Assembly: GCF_009914755.1 (NCBI RefSeq)
Contig: NC_060933.1
Direction: 5' to 3' (one strand)
Origin: the human T2T-CHM13v2.0 reference genome, Homo sapiens
DNA length: 64,000 nucleotides
Part shown: in pieces, positions 12,116 to 23,096 of the stretch
How the letters are laid out: every line of letters starts with the position of its first letter
Position numbering within the stretch: the stretch's first letter is position 1
Notes under the pieces: generated by a model
The model's database searches: none
Told to the model about the DNA's origin: nothing
Seen by the model: only the letters and a program-made list of their open reading frames with translations
Translations under genes and position numbers: made by a program

Positions 12116-14400
12116 TTAGGTAGCAGGCCCAAGGTCCCCCTGTGGGGACAGCACACCACTTTACTCCCCTGGTCTTGTTAATCCTGCCCACATCTCTGGC
12201 CCCAGAACACAGGGTAAGCCAGGCTGGGCTCTTGTCACTGCCGCCCTGGGACGGGATCCCCATCACAAGCCCCATGGGGACAGCAGCCGTGACTCTGGGG
12301 GGGCCCTGCCCTGCCTTGTGAGTGTGGACTCATTTAACTCTCCAGACCACCAGGAGTCGGTGTTATTACTGTCCCTTGTGCTGCGGAAGTGGTGGCTCAG
12401 AGGTGAGACAGGAACGTGGCTGAGCCAGGTTGGAGCCCGAGGCCCCAGCTTCCCCACCTGACCCTTGACTCTGTGCTGTTCCTTCCGGAAGCGCTGTCCA
12501 GGGGTCCTGCAACCCCAGCAGAGGCCCTGAGCGTTTGGGCAGGGCCACGAGGGATCTGCAGGAGTAAGTTCCTTGGGAAGGGCCAGCCTCTTGAGTTGGA
12601 GGACATAGTGACCAAGGGAGCAGCCCCAGGCAAGACTCTTTGTCCTGCGCTTGGAGCCTGGAGTAAGACCTGGTATCCTCTGCATCACTGAGGTCCTCCT
12701 TCTGAAAGGCCAGCGCACCCTGAGCCGTTTAAAGCTGTGTCCGTGCCGGGCCCCCACATCACAGGGCCAGGAGCCCTCCTTCCTGCAGCGATGGAGCACT
12801 TAGGAAGGTGAAGACACCCCAAAGGTTACTGTAAAGTGGGTTCCTCTCCTATTTTTCTCTTACATCCGAGAAGGAGGAGGGCAGCTTACAAAGGTGTGTG
12901 GGGCAGGAGAGGAGAAATAACCGAGTGAGGACATCGGGGTGGAGGGACAGGGGACAGGGGAGCTGAGATGCAGCCGGCGTGCCGGAGGGTGCAGAGAGAG
13001 ACTCCGCACTGTTCTGTCTGTGTGTCTGGGCTCCTGACCTGTATCCCGTGCTGAGGGCCGCACCTCGGCTCAGCAGCGCCTTCTGACCCCAGCCGTGCAC
13101 TAGGCCCCTCTGCTGGGCACACCAGAGTTTCAGAGGCGAGTCTACCCTGGTGCCTGCTGGGTGGCCTCAGGGGCTCTCGGGGCAGTGGGAGGGGAGGTGG
13201 CCACTGCTCAGGTAAACCCCCAGGCCTGCAGGATGTGAGGGAGAGAGGCAGGCCCGAGAGGCCAGGACTGGCCAGGGATGGTGGGTTTGGGGCCAGTTGT
13301 GCCCCAGCCCAGATCTTGTCCTCGGCCCCCTGGGTCCCTGCCCTTGGCCACAGGAAGTCTGTCCACACTGGGCCTGGTGTGGGAAGGGAGGGAGAGCCCT
13401 TTCCTAGGAGAGCATTTGCTCTCACTGGATGTCAGACCCAGTGCCTCTCAGCCTGGGAAAACCTGACGGGCTGAGCCGTAGGAGGGGCAGGAGTGGGAGT
13501 GGGCCCGGGGCTCCTGTCCAAGTCTCTGTGTGATTTGGGGCAAACCCTTCCCCTCCCTGGGCCACAGATTACCCACATGTCAGATTGAGGGGGCCTCTTC
13601 TAGATTAGACTTCTCCCAAATGTGATGCTACAGATGTTTCATTGGGCAAAAACAAAAAAAAAAAAAAGAGGGTTCTGTGGTCAAAGAAAATCTGGCTGGG
13701 CAGTGTGGAAGCTGTTTTCGCGGCTGGCTCGGCTGAGCCCTGGGATGCCACTGCATGCTGCGGCCTTGGTTGTGTTTCCTAAACCCCCACCCCGGGGGAC
13801 CCCACTCTTCTTACTCCCCATCGCAACGGGCTGCCTGCTGCCACCTGGCAGGGAGAGGGGATGCATGACAGGCGGGGAGGTGCCAGTCCCGAGTCTGTGA
13901 CGGTATTTCCAGCCCTGGCTTTTCCATCAGACCGCCCGTGGTGCCGTCTGCATGCTCCCACGGTGATGGGGCACAGACCCCACCGTTCCTCCCTCATTTT
14001 GGTTGCACAGCCTGGGGCCAGTTGGGTGCCATCCCTGCCTGGTCTGTCAGCACACCTGGGCGGGGCGGCCTCGGGGGTGGGAACTCCCTCCTGGGGCCCT
14101 GGGATTACTCAGTTGTGAAATGGGGAGAATGGGGACGGTGACACCTGCCCCCGGGTTCCCCATGACAGGGTGGGTATGTGCTGGGAGGGTGTGGAGGGCC
14201 GAGCCGGAGCTGGCACGGTGGTCCCCACCAACTTCTTGCTGATCACTTACCCCCTCATGCCTCAGTTTCCCCCTCTGTAAAACAAAGTTAATGCCAGTTT
14301 TCCAGGATTACAGTTGGGATTAAGTGGGAAATTAATGACAGTGTCGGCCATAGAGGCTGGAGCCTCTAGAGCGCTCAGGGAGTGTGGAAGGTGCTGAAGG

Positions 14401-14566
14401 TGACTGTGTGACTGCAGGTGACTCCATGTCACCCTGTCTATAAGAGCTGTTAAAACAGCAGTGCGTGTGTGCGCGAGGGTCCCTGACTGTGTGACTGCAG
14501 GTGATTCCACGTCACCCGGTCTCCAGGAGCCCTTAAAACAGCAGTGCGTGTGCACGCGAGGGTCCC
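14401..14566. repeat. 83-bp tandem duplication (2 diverged copies)
   Basis: tgactgtgtgactgcaggtga...taaaacagcagtgcgtgtg...gcgagggtccc at 14401-14483 and 14484-14566. Confidence 0.85.
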
Positions 14567-14615
14567 TGTTTCTTCCTCCCCGATGCCTGCTCTGCTTCAT
14601 CTGCACTGGAACCTC

Positions 14616-15116
14616 ATGTTGAGGGGCTGCTGTTACCTAACTGTCTGCCCCCCAGGGAACCCCCACTATGTTGAGAGGCTGCTGTTACCTAACCACCCGC
14701 CCCAGGGAACCCCCACTGTGTTGAGGGGCTGCTGTTACCTAACCACCTGACCCCCAGGGAACCCCCACTATGTTGAGGGGCTGCTGTTACCTAACTGTCC
14801 CCCAGGGAACCCCCTGATGTTGAGGGGCTGCTGTTACCTAACTGTCTGCCCCCCAGGGAACCCCCACTATGTTGAGAGGCTGCTGTTACCTAACCACCCG
14901 CCCCAGGGAACCCCCACTATGTTGAGGGGCTGCTGTTACCTAACCACCCACCCCCCAGGGAACCCCCCGATGTTGAGGGGCTGCTGTTACCTAACCACCC
15001 GCCCCAGGGAACCCCCACTATGTTGAGGGGCTGCTGTTACCTAACCACCCGCCCCAGGGAACCCCCACTATGTTGAGGGGCTGCTGTTACCTAACCTTCC
15101 CCCCTGGGAATCCCCC
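14616..15116. repeat. VNTR, ~50-bp unit, ~10 copies, intron 6
   Basis: Unit ATGTTGAGGGGCTGCTGTTACCTAACCACCCGCCCCAGGGAACCCCCACT. Confidence 0.93.
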
Positions 15117-15590
15117 CGAAAGAGGCTGCGGCTCTCACGCACCTGCCTTCAGTTGGATAACCTGCTGTTTGGTGGCATTCCACGAAGGGCACACAGATCC
15201 CCGAGAGTCCTGGGACCCTGCTGGCAGCAGTGGTTCTGGGGCCATCCTGGGAACATCCCTGGGTGCTCTCCCACGTGCTCCGTGGCAGGAGTGTCCTGCA
15301 CACGCGGGAGGAAGCTTCTGGGGCACATGAGTTTGTGAGCTCCCGGGTTCCACAAAGCTCAAGGGACTTTGTGTGGGACTTCTCAGGGCCTTTCGTGTGC
15401 CGGTGTGTACTGTAGAACGGGCATTCTCAGGAACCTCTTTTCTGTGGAACACTTCATGGGATTGGGGTTCCAGAGCCTGTCAGGATGGGTCTGTGACATG
15501 CTGCCTCTGTAGGGTCCCACCAGGGGCTGGGGAAGGGGCGAGCCCCGTGGGGCCTGGAGACAGCTGAGTGACTGTGTGCCTCCTCCCCAG

Positions 15591-15723
15591 GCTGGAATGA
15601 GCTGCTCATCGCCTCCTTCTCCCACCGCTCCATCGCCGTGAAGGACGGGATCCTCCTGGCCACCGGGCTGCACGTCCACCGGAACAGCGCCCACAGCGCA
15701 GGGGTGGGCGCCATCTTTGACAG
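15591..15723 (+). CDS. RXRA: RXRA coding exon 7 (LBD H5, beta-turn)
   Basis: ccccag| and |gtgggg; 133 bp; (G)[43 protein letters not shown](R); phase is compatible with exons 6 and 8. Confidence 0.98.
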
Positions 15724-16348
15724 GTGGGGGTGGTCCCGGGAGGGGCGAGGGCGCTTCGGTCACCTCCGCCACCAGGCCAGCTGAGTTCAGCCGCCTTGGC
15801 CCCGGTGCACATCCTGCCTAGTATTATTTCAGTGCATGAAGGGTGCACACATGGAAAAAGAGAAAAGCATGAGGAGGAGGCTCAGAGCCCTGTGCCAGCC
15901 CTGCCTCTGGGGCATCTGTAACCACAGGGAGCACTTGGCCTATCTCCCTCCATCTCTTCTTTTTTCACGATCCCATGTATTTATCCGTGGGAAGGAAAGC
16001 TTCGTTTCTTTTTAAAGTGATTATACCGTAGATGCAGTTTTGTAAAAGTGTCAATTCCAGTTGGCATGTCGCAGGCTGCTTGAGGCTGGCACGGTAATGC
16101 CGTGGCAGCCCGGGGCGTGGTGCGGCCTAACGCCTGTCCCCGTGCAGGCAGGGGTGTCGGGACCGCAGTGCTTCACACCTCCCAGTGGAGCAAAGGGCTG
16201 CACCTCAGCCACTTCTCAGGGGACACACTGGAGGAGCAGCACTGGCTGGAGGGCCCACCCTCGTCCGGGCCTGGGTGGTCCGTGTCCGTTCATGTTGCCC
16301 TCCTGGAGTGCTGGCCAACTCCGCTCTGCCAGGCGAGGCGGACAGTAG

Positions 16349-16668
<320 letters not shown>

Positions 16669-18386
16669 TCTCTGCACAGTCTTTCTCCATGAGTCTAGAG
16701 AGCCACACACACCAGACTGGGCCTTCTGGGGACCGGATGTCAGCTTCAGCTGGAGCGGGAAGGCTGGGGAGGGGCACTGCGGGGTCCCTTGGGCAGGGGT
16801 CTGCAACACAGGAGCCGTGGGTGGGGAGGAGCAGGCCACCTGGAGAACGTGGCCCCTGAACACGAGAGCCCCAACGTTAGAGGTGAGTAGAGGCCATGCA
16901 CCGGCACTTACAGGGGGATTAATGCCCCAGCAGCAATGCCCCAGGGGGTGGTTCAGGTCCCAGAGTCCCAAGGGTGATCCTGGAACTTGACCTCCATGGG
17001 ATGTGCCAAGTGCAAAAGGGTTTGTGGCCGCAGACGGTGGGCAAACGGTAGTTCAAACAGTGTCCTTGAGGGTCTTTGCCGCAGGACTTGTCAGGGCCTT
17101 TAAGAAGTTAGTGTACAGGAGGGTCCCACGGGGGCTGCAGGGTGCAGTGTGCAGTGTGTATTGCCCACAGAAGCTTCTTTAGAGGGGTACTGGGGATATG
17201 GCTTTGGGAAGCGAAGCCCCAGCCACTTGCCCAGCTGACAGATCCTTTGTCTGGCTGGTAGAGAGATGGCGATGACAGAGGTTTCAGGGTTACATTCTCT
17301 GGGGTCCCACAGCAGTGACTACAGAGGCCCCGGCATTTCCTCGCCTTTTTTGCGAGTGGAATGCAAAGTCTGCCCTCAGTGGCCCAGGTCTTTTCCATGC
17401 CCGCTGCCCCATCCCTCTGCAGCTGTGTGCTCCTGCCTCAGAGCAGACATCGGGGGTCCCTCCCAGCTCCTGTTCTGTCCCACCCTGTTCTCCAGCCTCC
17501 TTCAGATCTTCTTCCAGGAATCAACCAGGGCACTCCCCATTCTGCAGACCCTCAGGGCCGCCCTTGGCCCACAGGGGAGAGCCCAGGCTCCTTAGGCAAC
17601 CATCCCCACCTGGTCACCTCCTTTCCCCCGCTGTGGCCCACCCTTACTTCCTGGACACAGCAGTTGAGCTTTGGGGTTGGTGGGCAGGCTGCTGAGGCTA
17701 GGGGGCCCAGTACACTGCAGAGGCTGGTGTGATTCAGAATCCAGCTGCAGGGCTGGGGCAGCTGAGTCTGAATCCAAGAACGCCCCCAGCGTCTCCATGG
17801 AGGGAGCTGGCGGGCTTTCCCCGTGTTGAGGCTGGTGGATTTTTTTTCTCTGGTGACAAGAAGTAGACATGCCTCCCTCTGGCAGCCCCCACCCAGGGAC
17901 ACCAGGCCCTGGGGAAAGGTATCTTCCTGGACTGAAGGGAGCGGCTGGGGCTGTGGCATGGGAAGGGGCTTTGCCTCAGGTGGTGCTGGGTCCACAGCTG
18001 AGGAGGGACAGTGGTGTGTCTCACTGGGTTCGGGAGGGGTGGACTCTGTGCCCTCTGTGCAGCTGCGGCTCACCTCAGTTTAGCTGTCACGAGGCCCCTC
18101 CTTAGCACCTCGGTTCCCAGAATAAAGCCCCGCAGGCAGACCCTAGAGGGAGAGGAGAGGAGCCCACCCTCCGGGCAGGGCCAGGCAGGCCTGGCAGGGG
18201 CGGCACCTGGGCCTGGGTTCCAGCCCACTCCCTCTCGGGGTGTCTGGGAGTCCTTGCCTTGGCTTGGCCCATCTCAGCGGCCCTCGGGCCACGCCGGGCT
18301 CTCCAGAGGCCTTGGGTATCTGGGGTGTGGCCCTGGTGAGGGCTGCGACCTAACTGGGATGGGGTGTCTGCCCTCCTCCTCTGCAG

Positions 18387-18478
18387 GGTGCTGACGGAGC
18401 TTGTGTCCAAGATGCGGGACATGCAGATGGACAAGACGGAGCTGGGCTGCCTGCGCGCCATCGTCCTCTTTAACCCTG
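18387..18478 (+). CDS. RXRA: RXRA coding exon 8
   Basis: ctgcag| and |gtatgg; 92 bp; (R)[30 protein letters not shown](D). Confidence 0.98.
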
Positions 18479-19549
18479 GTATGGCCTTCCTGCCTTGAGG
18501 CTTCTGGCCCCGTTCTCTGGTGGGGCAGAGGTGCCTGGGCCTCCTCCTGGCTGTACTTCTTGCCTCTGGCTACATGTGGGGCCAACTCCCACCCTCCTTG
18601 AGCTCAGTGTGCCCCCCTCCCAGTGAAAGTGTGGCCATGCTGCCTTCTGCTCACCTTGAGGGCCAGCCAAGGGGGCATGGTCCCTGGGCACAGGGGGACC
18701 CAGCAAGGCAGTTGTCATGAGGGGCTTGGTGGTGCCGTCTGGGCTCCGCGGTTCATAGTGTTCATCACTGTGCGTCGGAATCCAGACTCCGAAAGTGGCC
18801 AGCTGTGGTTGTGAACTTCCGGTGCTGAAGTTCAGGAGTCCCAAGCCCTGCAGGCTGGGGATGGGTCAGGCCTGCCGGGTGTTCCAGAGGGGACCAACCT
18901 CATCCCCAAGCCTCGGGTCCAGGGTGTTTCTGGGGCTGGGCCCCTGTGGTTGAGGAGAGCAGGGCTTGGGGCTGTGGGGCTGGGGCTGGGCACAGGCCTC
19001 CTGGCCGACAGTGCGGCCCTTCTCCAGCCTCTGGGTTCTCGGCTTGAAAAGCCTCCTAGGTGCTACTCCTTCGCCCAACAAGTGCTGACACGTGCCTGTT
19101 TGCTCGGTGCCCTGCTGGCATGGGAGGGCCCCTTCAAGCTGCTGGATAGGGCTTGCCTGCCTAGAGCTTGGGGTTTAGAGGGTCACGCCCACCAGCAGGC
19201 ACCCCCGGCACGTGAGGGCAGGAGCACGGTTGGTCGAGGGTGCGGGCCACTTCCTCCGGGAGCTGCAAGTTAGGGGCCAGGGGAGTGAGAGGCACGGAGG
19301 TGGGGTGGGCTGGTGGAGGCAGCCCAGGCAGGGCCTTGAAAGTCTTGCTAAGTTTGGGTTTTTTCTTGGGGCCACAGGGAGCCAAGTCCTGAGGGGTTCC
19401 AGCCGGGAGGGAGCTATGGGTTTCTGTGTTTGGAAACTCAGCTCATTGCGTGATAGGGGCAGGTGGCTGGGGTGTGGAGGGAGAGGTTTGGGGCTGCTGT
19501 GGGGAGCTCACTTGGGCTATGGTGGAGGGAGTGGAGCCCTCTCGGCTCC

Positions 19550-19575
19550 TGGCCCTGACCTTCTGACCTTGCCCT
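19550..19575 (-). promoter_or_regulatory. Perfect DR2 nuclear-receptor element with flanking degenerate half-sites, intron 8
   Basis: + strand TGGCCC-TGACCT-TC-TGACCT-TGCCCT, which on the - strand reads AGGGCA AGGTCA GA AGGTCA GGGCCA. Confidence 0.5.
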
Positions 19576-19966
19576 TTGTCAGACCTGGCTCTGAGGGACC
19601 GGGCCGGGATGGAGATGGGCATCTTCTTGTGGGGAGAGCTTGTTTCCAGGGTCATTTTATCACCCAGGCTGTGCATCCGGGCCGTAATCCTGCCAGCTCG
19701 GAGGCTGAGTCATGCCACGGCCCGGCCCGGCCCGAGGAATCCCCATTCAGGTCCTGTGTGGTCTGGTTGCTAGAGCTGGGGCACCAGCAGGACCTGGGCA
19801 CCGGCTTGCAGGGAGGGTGAGATTGTCTGGCACAAGCAGGGTCCAGGCACAGGCTTGCAGGGAAAGCGAAGAGACCAGGGCACAGGCATGCAGGGAGGGC
19901 GAGGAGACTGGCTGGAGCGGAGGCAGCTGGGGGAGCCAGGTACGTTGCCAAGGAGCCCAGGACACA

Positions 19967-20043
19967 GGCCAAGGTGGCATTCACAGGGGGTCCCTGGGCC
20001 TTGGGGGCCAAGGTGGCATTCACAGGGGGTCCCTGGGCCTTGG
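19967..20043. repeat. 39-bp tandem duplication
   Basis: ggccaaggtggcattcacagggggtccctgggccttgg occurs twice. Confidence 0.8.
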
Positions 20044-20583
20044 AGGTTTTGGTGGCTGCAATCTTAGCCTCTCTGTCCACTCTAGGCTCTTGAGCCCGGG
20101 TCCTGAGCTCAGGACTCCGCAAGCACACCGAGGATGGGTTTCCGCAGGGTCTGGGTACTCCTGGGGGCAGCAGCGCTATCTCCCATCCATGTTATGGGGC
20201 TGGGACCCAAGGGCAGCAGCAGCATCCATTGTCTCTCCCAGTTCCCAAGGCGGCTGGAAGGAAGGCAGCAGATCCCTGACACTTTATCGATGGGAAAACC
20301 GAGTCTCTGGAGGTCAAATAGTTGACCCAAGGTCACGTGGCTGGCAAGTGGCAGAGCTGAGCCTGGACCCAGAGCAGCCTGGCCTGGCCGTGGGTTCCAC
20401 AGTCGTCCCCCTGCCACCAGGCTCTGGGGGAGCGGGCGGAGGCATGTCCAGCGGCATTCCTCCACCACCTGCTCTGCCCATGGTGGGGCAGCCTGGGAGA
20501 CCCCACACAAGCCTGGGTCCTGGGGGCAGGTGCCCGAGACACGCCCCAGCTGAGGGTTCTGACCTGTGGCTTCTTCCTTTCAG

Positions 20584-20689
20584 ACTCCAAGGGGCTCTCG
20601 AACCCGGCCGAGGTGGAGGCGCTGAGGGAGAAGGTCTATGCGTCCTTGGAGGCCTACTGCAAGCACAAGTACCCAGAGCAGCCGGGAAG
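20584..20689 (+). CDS. RXRA: RXRA coding exon 9
   Basis: tttcag| and |gtgggt; 106 bp; (D)[34 protein letters not shown](R). Confidence 0.98.
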
Positions 20690-22359
20690 GTGGGTCCCGC
20701 CCCGTCCCACACACACCCCAGACCCAGGCTCTTGTCTCCAGAGCCCCCACCCCCTGCAAGGCCATTTTATGTGAATGAGAAGGTGGCACCCTCCCCAGGC
20801 CCAGCCCATGCCAGCAGGTCCTGAGCAGGCAGCAGGAGGTCCTCCAGGCCAGTGGGCTGTGGCGGGCACACCCCACAGGCCCACGTCGTATCCCCACTGG
20901 AAGGATTACCTTGCACCTGGCGCATAGTAGGTGCTTCTCTTTGTTCAGTAGATAGATGAAGGCTGTGCTTCACCCCCCACTGCGCTCCCCTACCAAGCAG
21001 AACCACCAGAGGCCAGGCGACACCAGCACATAGTAGGTACTTCACAAGCATGTGTAGAATGGATGGCCAGATGCCCACACATACTAAACACTCTCTACAA
21101 GTGTGTACGGAATAGGCGGTCACGGCCTGAGCGTAGCGCTCATGTTTCCCCCCTGCCCGGCTGTGGGCCCTGGAAGGGCTGGGGCTCCCTCATTTCTGAG
21201 TCCACAGTGCTGGGTGCACAGTAGGTGTCCAGGAAGAGAAACGTTTGTGGATCCCTGCCTGGGATTCAAAGTCAGCGCTCCAGATTCTGCCTCTTCTCTC
21301 TAAAGGGGCATCTCCTGGCCTCTTGATCCTCAGACTGTGGGGCGGGGAGGGGGTCGGGGGAGGTGGGGCCCAGCAGACCTCATAGGACACCCAGGCCTTC
21401 CCGCCACCAGCACATACACAGTTAACCGTGTCCCCGCTGCCTGCCCAGCCCTCATCTGGCTTGGTTTAAAGTGAAACTTCCCGGAGGACGAGGACAGGAG
21501 GGGGTGGCAGGCAGCTTGTTTTTCCTGGCTTTCTGCCCTGGCCCATCTCGCCAGCTCAGCAGAAAACAGCTTGTTCTCTGGCCCAACTCCAGCCTCTGCG
21601 CTGTTTTTGCCTTTAAAACAAGGCCTGTGAGGCAGCCAACCACAGAGCTTTTCCCTGAAAGAAAGACTTCGTTAATAATTAATGAGGTCCTGCAGCCCCT
21701 GGAGGGGCCGTGTGGAGAGACTCAGGCCGTGCACAGGGGCCCTGGGCAGACACGGCCAGCCGGAAGGGACACCTGGTTCCGTCCCCATAGCACCCTGTCC
21801 TCAGCGGCAGCTGCTGCCCTCATGCCTGGCCCTGCTATCCCTCTTCCCAGAGCCCCAGACTTCCCCCCTCCCTCCCGCCCCCCCACTGGTCCCTGCCCCA
21901 GGAAACTCCCCAGGGATGGGCCAGGCCCTGAGGACCAACCCGTGCTCCCTCCCTCCCCGGCCAGCCTTCTCTGACCATGCTGTGCCCAATGCCAGCAGAG
22001 CTATTTCTGAGGAAGGGGTGGCCCTGGTCTGGGGCCCACAGCCCTGCACAAGGTGCCGTGGGAGGCACTCATGGGGTGCTGATGCTTTATGGAAAGGGTC
22101 TTGCACCGTTACACAGCTCCCAAGTCAGGCCTGGCTCCACCTGCAGTGGGGGTGCAGCCTGACTCCCCCTCCCCCGCCTGATGCTCTTTGACTTCTTGGT
22201 TGCCCACCATGTGCCGGGCCTGTTCCCTGCGACTCACCAGTGTGCTCAGCAGCCCTTTCCCTTACAAGCCCCGCAGTCTCTTGCTGTGATGGCTGCTGCA
22301 GCCAGATGCATTACTGATACTCACACCCGCTCCCGGCTGTCATGGCCCACAGTTTTTCA

Positions 22360-22626
22360 TTTTTTGAGAGACAGTCTGGCTGTGTCGCCCAGGCTGGAGT
22401 GCAGTGCTGCGATCGTAGCTCATTGCAGCCTCAACCTCCTGGGCTCAAGCGGTCCTCCCTGCAGGCATGCACCACCACGCCTTGCTACTGTTTTTCTCTT
22501 TTTCTTTTGTAGAGACAGGGTCTCACTGCGTTGCCCAGGCTGGTCTCGAACTCCTGGCCTCAAGCCATCCTCCCACCTCGGCCTCTCAAAGTGCTGAGAT
22601 TACAAGTGTGAGCCATCATGCCCAAC
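22360..22626 (-). mobile_element. AluJ-like element with internal deletion, intron 9
   Basis: gcagcctcaacctcctgggctcaagc and gttgcccaggctggtctcgaactcctggcctcaagc; right arm lacks the ~25-bp cctcagcctcccgagtagctggg segment. Confidence 0.85.
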
Positions 22627-22948
22627 TGCCTGCAATTTTTAACTTCTTCACAAAGAGCTATTCAGTCTGCCCTAGCCAGCTGCTGTCTGGCCCCTGGCCC
22701 TTCATCTCCGTCCTCAGACCCAGGGATCTCCCTTCACTCTGTCCTGGCTCTGGGTTGCCACTGCCTCTGTTTCCTTCTAGCCTCCCCTCCTTCCTTCTGG
22801 AGGCTTGGCATAGGCAGATTCAGGGCTACAGACCAGCCTCAGAGGGGTTGGGGTATCAGACACAGCCCCATCCCCAGGGAGGCCTCCAGTGCCAGGGCAG
22901 AACTGCCCATGCCCCTTGCCCGGCCCTCACCAGACCTGTTCCCTGCAG

Positions 22949-23096
22949 GTTCGCTAAGCTCTTGCTCCGCCTGCCGGCTCTGCGCTCCATCGGGCTCAAA
23001 TGCCTGGAACATCTCTTCTTCTTCAAGCTCATCGGGGACACACCCATTGACACCTTCCTTATGGAGATGCTGGAGGCGCCGCACCAAATGACTTAG
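22949..23096 (+). CDS. RXRA: RXRA terminal exon 10 coding part (dimerisation helix 10/11, AF-2 helix 12, stop)
   Basis: ctgcag|; (R)[51 protein letters not shown] at 23094-23096; exon lengths sum to a 462-aa protein. Confidence 0.98.

Noticed and set aside
12459-12471. Imperfect DR1 (GAGTCA-A-GGGTCA) and other half-site pairs at ~11825, ~20311 (in a MIR) and ~33068 (in an Alu)
   Set aside because: Degenerate or non-canonical spacing; frequent by chance or repeat-derived
22467-22948. ORF extension in frame with exon 10 starting at an ATG in an AluJ
   Set aside because: N-terminus is Alu-derived, and the obvious Alu acceptors (~22512-22518) are out of phase with exon 9
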